Origin: Orbicella franksi
Lineage: Eukaryota
Assembly (NCBI GenBank): GCA_964199315.1
Contig: OZ116706.1
Span: forward strand, 29,202,001-29,266,000
Direction: 5' to 3'
Length of the DNA: 64,000 nucleotides
Shown here: in pieces, positions 49,340 through 59,500 of the stretch
Layout of the letters: the number at the start of each line of letters is the position of its first letter
Numbering within the stretch: position 1 is the first letter of the stretch
Translations under genes and position numbers: made by a program
Notes under the pieces: generated by a model
The model's input: only the letters and a program-made list of their open reading frames with translations
Told to the model about the DNA's origin: nothing
The model's database searches: none

Positions 49340-51109
49340 CATTATCATAAATCATTATCATTATCATTATCATTAACGTTATCACTAACATTATCATTAT
49401 CAGTATCATTATTATTATCATTATTATTATTTTCTTTTTAATTTAACCAACCTTTGCCATGTTGCATGCAGTCACAAACTCATTCTTGGCTACAAGATCA
49501 AATGAATGTACTTTATTTACAACACTTTGGGCAATGATTGCTTCTCCACAGCCAAAATCTGCAACTACTTGTGATGTTGACCTAAAGACCAAAAGAGAAA
49601 TATTATTTCTAAATTTGTAACCTGTGTGAAAACTTGTTTGTTTGTATACATGTAATACCCTGAAAGCTGGATAGTGTGATGTTTATGTCTGGGTTGTGGC
49701 AGCTCACTCTAACTTTATACCTCCATGTAGGTGTATTTACACAATTAACTTGTATCTTATCTTATCTTATCTCCTCAAGAGATGAGAGGGACAAAGCGTA
49801 GACTGAGATTAACTTGAGCATTGAGCACGGATGCAATAAAATGCAAATACCCTGAGACTGAGGTAGAAAACTTTATACCAAACACTCTGGTTAGTAACCA
49901 GTCCATTGTGTCAGTGTGTGGTTGCTCACGTGTTATGCTCATAAATGACTGGAACCAGTTACAACCACTTCTTAAATTCTCAAGGTGGTCACCTAAGAGA
50001 ACATCAACAGTATACTTATGTTTTTACCTCTTCTTCAACCATTCTATGATGTTGTTGACAGGATTGATGGGCCACAGTTTGACCTGATTGGTGAAACCTC
50101 TGTGATAAATATCAAACAAGTTTGGATCTTTAGAAAACATTGCTACTGCCTCATCTCCTGTTGTAGTGTACAACTGTTGATTTATCCATCTAAACCTTGA
50201 AGATTCCAACTGCTTTGTCATCTTTTCTTGGAGGCTTGACTTTTTCCGAGCAGGGGAGCTCAAAATATTACTGTTTGTGTCATTGAGCTCTGGGCTGTGT
50301 TTACTTATTTGTTTGTCACAACAACTATCTTGTTCAAGTTTGCAAGTTTTCTTTCTTTTTCCATGCTTATGAGTACCTTCTGAAGTGCTTTCTCCCATAT
50401 CTAGAAGCTCAGAATGATCTTTGCTACCATCCATTCTTCTTTTCTTTCTTTTCTTTCTTTTCTCTACCTTTTCACTGTCACACTTGCTTGGTCCTTCAAT
50501 GGAGCTAAGGATTTTTTCTATATCTGCATCTAGTGGGGCTGCAGAATTGACAGTCTCTGATTGACACTGATTGACACTGTCAATACTAGCCCTTTGATTG
50601 GTTCCTTTGGTAGAGATAATCTCATCATCACAGACAGTTCCTGATTGGCTATCTCTCTCCCGTGTTAGCTGAGAGTTAAACTTTTGATCAGTTTTAACAT
50701 TTTTCTTTCCTTTTTTGCTACTGACATCTTTTTCTTTAGTTTCATCATTTCTTCTTTTTTTCTTTGCTCTCTTTCTTTCATGTCCATTAGATTTTTCACT
50801 GTTTGTACTCAATAAAACTGGTTCTTTAAATTCTGCAGCAGTGTGCTCAGAACTTAATTCTTGAACTTGTTTAAATTTATTCTTTTGTCTCTTGTCTTTT
50901 CGCTTCTTTTTAAGTTTTCCTGTACTCTCTTCGTTCTTCATGGTTTTCCTTTTTTCTGCCTTTGAAGCATTCACTTGATTTGCTGCCTCTAAAACAGCTG
51001 AACACGTGCTAAGCTTACTCGTCGAGATATCGCCGAAGAGTTGATGAACAAGGCAATCCTGCGCCTTGGATGTACTTTCCCACTCTAAAACGTCGAAGGA
51101 GCTTTGCAT
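47850..51109 (-). CDS. RRP8: Ribosomal RNA-processing protein 8 / nucleomethylin (SAM-dependent rRNA methyltransferase), about 512 aa
   Basis: Exons 51109-50028, 49581-49452, 49100-48994, 48783-48687 and 47972-47850 total 1539 nt in frame. Motifs [57 protein letters not shown] and LKPCIYKKR*, with a Lys-rich N-terminus. Confidence 0.96.
49289..49432. repeat. (TAT)n/(TATCAT)n microsatellite in an RRP8 intron
   Basis: Directly visible. Confidence 0.95.
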
Positions 51110-51296
51110 ACTATTGTGTTATGTCACCCTTGCAGGCTAAATATACATAATTTTAATGGTGTTTTGTAGAGATCTCGAAAAACCACGGGCATCCACCATG
51201 TTTGAAAAATGGTTTTATGCGGTCAGCGATAATCCAATGTGATTTGCGCCAGGCCGAGGCTCCGAGCGTCCTCTTCTGCTCGATCCACGATCCATC
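51110..51296. promoter_or_regulatory. Bidirectional RRP8/RPS3A promoter with TCT (5'TOP) initiator
   Basis: Only 187 nt separate the two divergent ATGs. CCTCTTCT at 51270-51277 fits the YC+1TYTYY TCT consensus, 26 nt before the RPS3A ATG. Confidence 0.75.
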
Positions 51297-54200
51297 ATGG
51301 CGGTGGGAAAAAATAAGAGACTGACCAAAGGAAAAAAGGGACTTAAAAAGAAGATGTGAGTGGTGTCACTGATTTATGTCATCGTAAAACTATTGCTACA
51401 TTACATGAGAAGCATTTTACTGAACGAGAATCGGTGGATGGCGAGAATATGCAATGGATTCAACTGGATGTACATTTGGTGTTATTGTTCAATTACACTG
51501 CGCCTAGTACTTGTATTCGACTGTTTTACTTTGAATGTGGACAAAATGTTTTAGAAATGGAAAATTTTAATATTGTGCATGGTGTCACTTTTTTTATGAC
51601 GCCCTTATGTGTTAAATCTGTCGTTTTTATTAGCGTTGATCCCTTTACCAAGAAAGATTGGTATGATGTCAAAGCTCCGTCCATGTTCACCATCAGACAG
51701 ATCGGCAAAACCATGGTGACCAGAACAACTGGAACTAGTAAGTAGTACTGTACATGACACTTAGCAATTCAACCAGTCGTAACGATGGTTTGGTTAGTTT
51801 TGGGTGTAAGGTATACAACTTTTCAAGTTCCCTTTTTTGTATGGCAGAACTGGGAGTCGAAAGAGATGATGCACAATGAAAAATAGCTTTTCGCAAGAAA
51901 AGAAAATACAGTCGAGATTGCGTTTTTCTGTGTGTGATCTCTTTCAGACTTGGTAGAGTAATTGAATTTATGCAAATACAGCCAAACCTCTCAGTAACAG
52001 CCACCTTAGGGACAGAAGAAAGTGACCAATGTGGAGAGGTGGTTGTTATGGGGAAATAGGGGTTTTTTTTTTTCTGTTTTTTTCAGGGGTGTAGCATTTT
52101 TTTGTCTAGAAAATGTGTAATGTAGCATTTAAATAGGTAATGCAATGAAAATATATCGTAAATCAGAAACAGAGCCCAGTGACTTGTGGTATGGATCAAG
52201 TTTTGTGGCCTTTAACAATAAAAATAGTGGTGTTTTGTGTACACTGTTTGTCAGTCACTGATTCATTAACAGACTGTTGTCAAGAGGTAAACTTGGAGAG
52301 GTGGCTGTTGTAGAGAGGTTAAAATAAGAATGAATGTATGGACCATTCACTGGGACAAAAAAGTGGCTGTTAGTGGAGAACAGAAGTAAAGAAGAAAATT
52401 AAAAGAAGTCATTAGAACACAGTGTTCCAAATTCTTTGAGAGATTTTTAAAGGTTGCATACTGTGTAAAATTATTTACAGTCTTTAACTTCTAAAATGTC
52501 ATAAATATAGTCTATGATAGATTGTAAAGTTAAAAGATCTGCCCACTATCGAATGTCTGGTAACATTTGCTAGTAGCAAAGGAGAAATTGTATTTATTAC
52601 TCTTCACACAGAAATTGCTTCTGATGGTCTCAAGGGACGTGTGTTTGAAGCATCACTGGCTGACCTTCAGAATGACGAGGTTGCATTCAGGAAGTTTAAA
52701 CTGATTTGTGAGGATGTCCAGGGAAAGAACTGCCTTACCAACTTCCATGGCATGGACATGACCACAGACAAGCTTAGGTCGCTGGTCAAGAAATGGCAGG
52801 TAAGTTGTTGTCCATAAAATTGCCATTTGGGAATGTCTGGCATTTTTGTAGTAAGACCTGTGCTTGATGGAAGTATGTTTACATGCAGTCAAGGTGGCAT
52901 TTCATTAAAGTTCAGTTCAATATATACATACATGTACATTTGTAGAAGCGTTTTCTTGTGATAACATGCACTGATATTTCTCTGTACACATAAATGTAAT
53001 TGTTCTAAAAGCATATAGTACTTTCCATGAATGAAAATCAGTATGTATTTTGGAAATCTACGTGGTACTACTTTCCTAGCTGAATATACCAATATTGCTT
53101 ACATTGTGTCATTCCAGAAACTATGCATTCCCCCTGGAAGGTTTTTCAGTTTGGACCCCCTTATCCCTCCATAAAATTCCAGTTTATCTCCGTACTACCC
53201 TATAAAGATTTTGTTATTTGACACCTCCCCCGCCATCAGAATTTCCAGTGACTTTCCATGGGATGGGTATGGATATTTTCGGAACTGCACATTTCATAAC
53301 ACAGTTAAGCCATTCATTGTAATCTTGGATTAATCTGATTAGTAAAGAAATGCAAAATCTGCTTTTGGATTAAAGAATTCAATCTTGGATTTTCCTAAAC
53401 AAATGCACCCTTGGTTACATATCAGGAGCAGTAAACAGGCTAAACAAGTATTCGCTGACTCCATCTCTTTATCTCTTGTAGACCTTAATTGAAGCAGCTG
53501 TCGATGTTAAAACCACTGATGGCTACCTGCTCAGGTTGTTCTGTATTGGTTTCACCAAGAAAAGGCAAAATCAAATTAAGAAAACAGCTTATGCCAAGCA
53601 TTCACAAGTGAAGGCTATCCGTAAGAAGATGGTCGACATCATCACTCGTGATGTCAGCACTGGTGACCTCAAAGATGCAGTCAATAAGCTGTGAGTATCT
53701 TAACTATGTGAACATTATCAATTGAAGGATTTTTGCAGTAAGGGCATATATCACTTTTGGACTGATTTTCATTCTTTGCAGGATTGAACTATTTCTCGAA
53801 AATGAAGCACAAATCAGCAAAATTACAGAATGATGCTTTTCTTGTCAAAACAAGTCAGTCTGCCAAAAATTAGCTCATTCCTGCAAAAAATGAAAATAGG
53901 CCCAAAAAGCGATGTACTCCCTTTTTGCATGAAATCCTTCCAATTGTTAACGTTGAATGAGATGAAGGGTATAATACTTAAACTGTAGTTTGTGAGTTAC
54001 TTGGTAGATCAAGAAGCATGACTGGAAAATTTTCAAATAAAGAGGTTGTCATTTACACAACTGATTGTGTTATAGTTGAATGGTTCATATTTATATTTGT
54101 TTCGTGATGGCAGAATCCCAGATGCCTTTGGCCGAGACATTGAGAAGGCCTGCCAATCCATCTACCCTCTTCATGATGTTTTCATCAGGAAGGTCAAGGT

Positions 54201-55305
54201 TCTGAAGAAGCCGAAATTTGACAGTGAGTTGTCTTTTAATAATTTTACATGCTTTTTATATTTAATTGTACCTTTTTGGTACACTTTGGCATCATATCAG
54301 GTGAGTTTGGCCGAGCTAGGGTTCTTGTTTTGGCAAGACGTAGTCGAGCCAAAATACTCATGACAAGACCAAACAAGCCTGATATGCTAATGTACCCAAA
54401 TTCGGCAACGTGACCATTATATCGTAGCCATACCAGGTCATTGATATCACAGGATATCAGGACAGCCGCCACGGCTTCTGATTGGCTAATTGTGAATATG
54501 GGTGCAGTAAGCTGTAATAACCCTTGAAAACAGACTTCTTGTGACACCTTTGTTAAAAGTACATGTAGTTGTCTTTAAACAGTGGGTTAAAATGAGCTCA
54601 TGAGAACAATCTCATACTACTTGGAGATAGGAAATATACTCAACAGTGCTTGTCATGGTGGGGGGATATCTCAGGGAAAAGAGGATTAAATTTCTGCAGG
54701 AGTATTTCTCATTGAAGAATCTTGGTACTTGTTGCTCATTGCCTGATTTTGTTTACAAGTGTAAAGTTGGTGGCTAAATAAGCAGAAAGTGGCTAATTCT
54801 CTGTATGAGATGCGTCTGCAGGGAATGATGGTAGTTGTATTCATGAAAACAAATATCCATTCCAAGATGATGAATACAACTACCATGATTCCCAGCAGGC
54901 GCATCTCAAAGAGGGAATTAACTCAGCGGAGTAGCCAGCTGACATCATGAAGTAGGTGGAGATTTTCACAGGTAGCTAACAACAACCCGAACACTGCTGC
55001 TTTTACTATTAGAAAGGCAGGTGAAAAAATTCATTTTGATGATTCACATGTAAGATTGGAATGTGGATTCAATAAATACTACCAGAGACTGCAGCCAGGT
55101 TATAACTGAAAGACCTTTGTGTGGGAAGGTATAGACATTTTCTGCTCAATTATTCTGACTGACTGATTCAAACATGCTTTATTTTTCTACAGTTGGCAAG
55201 CTAATGGAGATGCACGGCGAGGGAGCAGCCCACAGCAGCACAGATGAAAGTGGCACCAAAATTGAACGAGACAGCTTTGAACCACCTGTGCAAGAGTCTG
55301 TGTAA
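51297..55305 (+). CDS. RPS3A: 40S ribosomal protein S3a (eS1), 260 aa
   Basis: Exons 51297-51355, 51634-51737, 52612-52799, 53482-53690, 54114-54223 and 55193-55305 total 783 nt. Translation includes [68 protein letters not shown] and EPPVQESV*. Confidence 0.98.
51977..52380. mobile_element. Tc1/pogo-type MITE, degenerate, in RPS3A intron 2
   Basis: Starts TACAGCCAAACCTCTC...GGGACAGAAGAAAGTG; repeated AGAGGTGGCTGTT / GGGACAAAAAAGTGGC motifs. The right end is eroded. Confidence 0.5.
54807..54907. repeat. 101-bp hairpin element, copy 2 (RPS3A intron 5)
   Basis: GAGATGCGTCTGCAGGGAATGATGGTAGTTGTATTCAT...ATGAATACAACTACCATGATTCCCAGCAGGCGCATCTC; homologous to 15579-15679. Confidence 0.8.
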
Positions 55306-56862
55306 AAACAATCAGCAAAAATTGAACATAGCAAATTAAACTTCTGAAAGAAAAGAGTTTCTTTTTGCGTGGTTGTGTTTATTTTATTTGGTTTTGTATT
55401 TTAATAGCCCAGTCACAGTTCTGTGACCCAGGGGAAGGATCATCTTATGATGCAAAATTGTTTTAAAATCATGATATTTGAATGGTTGTAATTTACATGT
55501 AGTATGAAATGTGTTGGTGTCAAGCAACAGCATTAGTTGGGTCAATTGTTTTCAAAATCCTATTCCCCTATGATTCTTGGGAACCACTGGTCGTTTCCTG
55601 GGCATGCTAGGTTTGATTGTTCACTGGCAGAGGGACATCGACCAGCATGGAGCTCCACGAGAAAATCATGTGTCCTCTTGGAAACCTTAGTTCAGTTGTA
55701 GCCTGAATTTAGTGGCTGACTGAATTTCTGTCTGAAAACTGTGGAAACACGGATTAAACAAATCACAAACGACCATGCAACCTAGTTCCCAGAGTCCTAT
55801 CTTCCTCCCACGGTAAAGAAGGTAGGAAAAAAGAGAGAGGACCCTGGGAACGAGGTTGAACTTCCACCGGTACTAGTAATGTAATCACCTGGCTAAATTT
55901 TAATGCAACAAGAAATAATGTACTCATTGACGCGTTGGTGTAATCCTTAGACATTTTCTATTGTTCACTAGCTTGTGAACAGGTTTGTAGTGGGGTATAC
56001 TGGGAGGAAACAAGGCGAGCTGAGTTATATCAACCTGCGGGAGGTACTTCGCTAGACGAACCGAAAAATACAGGGGGCGGAAGTTTTCTTTCAGGCAATT
56101 TTATATTTCTTGTCTAGTTTTTACTCGGAGATATCTACCTAAGGGAGGTCAACTATTTGGTGATTTCCATAAATATAGGGAGGTTCTTGAGTGAACATTT
56201 CACTGTACGCCGTGATCCTTTTGGTTTACCACCGAGAAATCGTAGCCTACGAACGCAGACGTATGTCCGGCAAGCGACAGCCGGAAATATGTCTACATTC
56301 GCAGCCTAAGAAATCAAGACTGACTTATTTTTCGAACCAAACAAATAGAAAAGAAACAAATCATTGCAATACACTAGGAATTAGGCAATCAAGCGTAGTA
56401 CCAGTTTTGGTGTAAAATTATAAATATTTGCGAAAGATATGTAGATCTTGTTTTGATGTCAGATCCCAACTAGTTCCAGGTCCCAAACCCCCGCGGTTTC
56501 GGACCCAACCGGAAGTGAAAATTCACGTTTCCAGATGGCTAAAACGCGGTGAAAAAAAAAAAAAACGATAACCAATTTTTTTTTCGATTTCCATATCATG
56601 ATCTCATGTAGATTCCATCAAGCAATTAAAAAGTATCTGTCATGTACACTTTAACTTTTGCGCGGAGTTCATGAAACTTACAATTAATTCCAGAATATAT
56701 TTTCCCTGTCATTATCGTTAGTAAAGTGAAAAACTCAGTGGTCTTATAGCTTAAGAAACTTTCATTTAATTTGATAAAAAATTAAAATAAATCATTGCTG
56801 GAGTGAAGCAATATAATCAATGGTTTATAAATTAACTGTATGGGGATGAAGATATCGTAGTT

Positions 56863-56935
56863 GGGGGATTAGCTCAAATGGTAGAGCGCCCGCTTTGCAT
56901 GCGGGAAGTACCGGGATCGATACCCGGATTCTCCA
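56863..56935 (+). tRNA. tRNA-Ala (TGC)
   Basis: Acceptor GGGGGAT/ATTCTCC with the G3:U70 identity pair, anticodon arm CCCGC-TTTGCAT-GCGGG, eukaryotic Ala T-loop ATCGATA, and a downstream poly-T. Confidence 0.97.
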
Positions 56936-58400
56936 GAAGATATTTTCTTTTTTTTTTTCAATTCAATTCTTTGTTTACATAAAAAAGGTCATTTATATAA
57001 ATTTTATACGGAATAGTAATGAAAATAAGGAAAATTAAGAAACATGAAGCCGTAAGGAAATAAAATTCTTATGTGAGCAGTGGCCAAAGTAGCGAGAGCT
57101 TTCTGATTGGACACCGCAATGGTCAAATAAATGGCAGCATAAAAAAAGTAATTCAACTAAGCTAGACCTACATATACTACATTACAACATAAATTCACTA
57201 CATTCACACTTATATAGCAACAAAATCAAACAGCAAAGTAAAACATAGCAGCAGCAAAATCAAGTTTGATTATTCAAAAGGTGGGTTTTTTATTACATAA
57301 TTTTGGCGTAAATATTATCCTCTTTGAAAAGAACTCTAAAAAGAAATTTTTCGGAAGGAATAAGGATATAGCTAAAAGAGTGCGAAGATGCAAATTATGA
57401 GCCCGAAAACAACGATTCGAGGAACTTTTTGAGTCAATGTCGCTTAGAATTGCGTGATTTTCCCATAAATTAAATATCACATTGTTCCAAGTGCCCGAGA
57501 CTTTCTACCTACCAAGAATTTTTTCTCGACGATTTTTTTAGTAGCTTTAATAACCTTTTCTTCCAGCCACCGCAATGATGAAATGAAGCGCATGGTAAGG
57601 CATAAATGGGGTACGATTGGCCCGTCATCTCTCTTAATCGTACATGGTGACTTATCCTTTTTATTGAATTTTTCAAAACAGTGTTTGGTAGGGAACATTC
57701 AGGGAAAGTTTCAAAAAAATTATTCGGCAACTTTTATCCCTGAAGAATCACCTTAACGCGATTTGCTGTTAAATTATGGACACTAAAAATATGATATAAA
57801 CAAGCGGCCGAGCGAGTGAAACTAATCACACCACATTGAATACTTTGCGGGGTACAGTAAATGTCTCACTTCTACTGGATAAAACAGCCATTTTTACTGA
57901 AATCTGGGTAGAATTACTTACAAAGCAAAAATTACTGGAAAATCCTATTACCTTTCTTTTTTTTCAAATTTCCTGTCCTTACTATTTAGTAATAAATTAG
58001 TTGAAATCTTAAGTTCTCAAAATTCTATAAATTAAAATTAATAGTTTGGCGCTGCTTGATTGTGGATCACAGTGTTTCAGCAAGAAGAAAGGAGAAAACA
58101 TGAATACACACGCTTGTGCTGTTTCCTTCTATTACGTTGAAACAACTGTATGTATAAGTATTGGTTTGTGCACCCGTGTGCCCGAATAAATATTTCTCAC
58201 ACGTTGATCAAGATGTACATACAGACAACAAATTTAACAGTTTTGTTATCCGTTATCGTGTAACACTATTCCATTTGCACATGTACCTGGGTGTGCCAGC
58301 ATTTGTTGGTTGTTGACAACGAGGAGATACGTACAAATGTAAATATACTGTAATCTGACGTACAGTATTGATGCATTTTTTGAAGTACCCCATGAATTTC

Positions 58401-58723
58401 AGGCCCCATCCACACCCTACCCGAGAAATTTGAAAACGCAGTTTTATTTCTACGGTTAGGCTTACCGCCCACACTAATCCGTCACGAAAACGGAGCTTTT
58501 CGAAAACGCTCTTGAAACCGGCTTTGCGTTTTTGTGTGGACCGAAAACATTTCGAAAATGATGACTTCATGTTAATCGTGTGATTTCCCCGCCGAGTTTT
58601 CCTCGAACACAAGTTCGAAATGACAAAATTTCTCCAGTGTGGTGTGGACAGAAAACATCTGAAGCGTTTTCAGATTGAAAACACCGTTTATTAAATTCCT
58701 CCGACAACATGCGGACAGGGCCT
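58401..58723. mobile_element. MITE (AGGCCCCATCCACAC family), copy 2
   Basis: Homologous to 37359-37727. Confidence 0.7.
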
Positions 58724-59281
58724 CCGGCTCACAAGCTACGGAAATATTTTTGAATAACTGCACCAGCAACTGGATTTGGATTTCTCTGTCGAATGTGATT
58801 GTGCGACATAAAAGTCATTGTACCAAGCGCGTCATACAGCGCGTTATCTATAATACTGAATTGTCTATCTATTTATCTAAAATCATTCTGTCTATTAATT
58901 ATTAATTCATTCATTCATTCTTCAGTCCTGCACTTTGTCCATCTGATGAACATGCGTCTGAAAGTCTCACTCTGGATGCCTTAAGCGTTACTTGCTTCGT
59001 CACGCAACGCGTCTCTCCTCTGAGTGGAAAGACCTATGTATGTGCGTACTGTAGTCTGTGTCTAATAAATGATTAGTATCACCCAACTAGTGGGCTAATG
59101 CAAATCCTGCATTTTGATTGGTTACGCTACTAGGGGACTATTAGTAATAGTCATCGAGTAGCGAAATTGGCGCCATCGAGCGTGACGCTTTCTTTCGTTT
59201 TATTCCCAAATAAATATTTCTCCAACTTGCTTTTGCTAACTTTATTACTACCTTTTCTGTCCGACTAACTGGATGATACTA

Positions 59282-59282
<1 letters not shown>

Positions 59283-59315
<33 letters not shown>

Positions 59316-59387
59316 GTCAATAGCCCATTCGGCTTCGCCTCATGGGCTATTGACCCGCAGCCCTTGCGGGCTACGGGTCTAATTGTT
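59283..59387. repeat. Branched (cruciform) palindrome at the end of a dispersed repeat
   Basis: Outer stem AACAATTAGACCC/GGGTCTAATTGTT, two side hairpins and a 16-bp central stem. Confidence 0.8.
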
Positions 59388-59500
59388 AATTAGTCCGTTA
59401 CGCAAAGCTCGTTCATAATGCATTGCGTGACACCAAAATAGCCGATTTCGAAGGAGACTACCATTTAAGAGCTTAGTTTGGTGTGTGATGGCAGGATCCT

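Noticed and set aside
49256-49441. Tyr/His-repeat ORF
   Set aside because: Translation of a (TAT)/(TATCAT) microsatellite in an RRP8 intron.
51356-51745. 129-aa ORF
   Set aside because: Intron 1 read-through in frame with RPS3A exon 2; not a separate gene.
57274-57730. Three overlapping minus-strand ORFs that look like a frameshifted coding relic
   Set aside because: No recognisable homology and no phase-consistent splice partner found; possibly a pseudogene fragment but unsupported.
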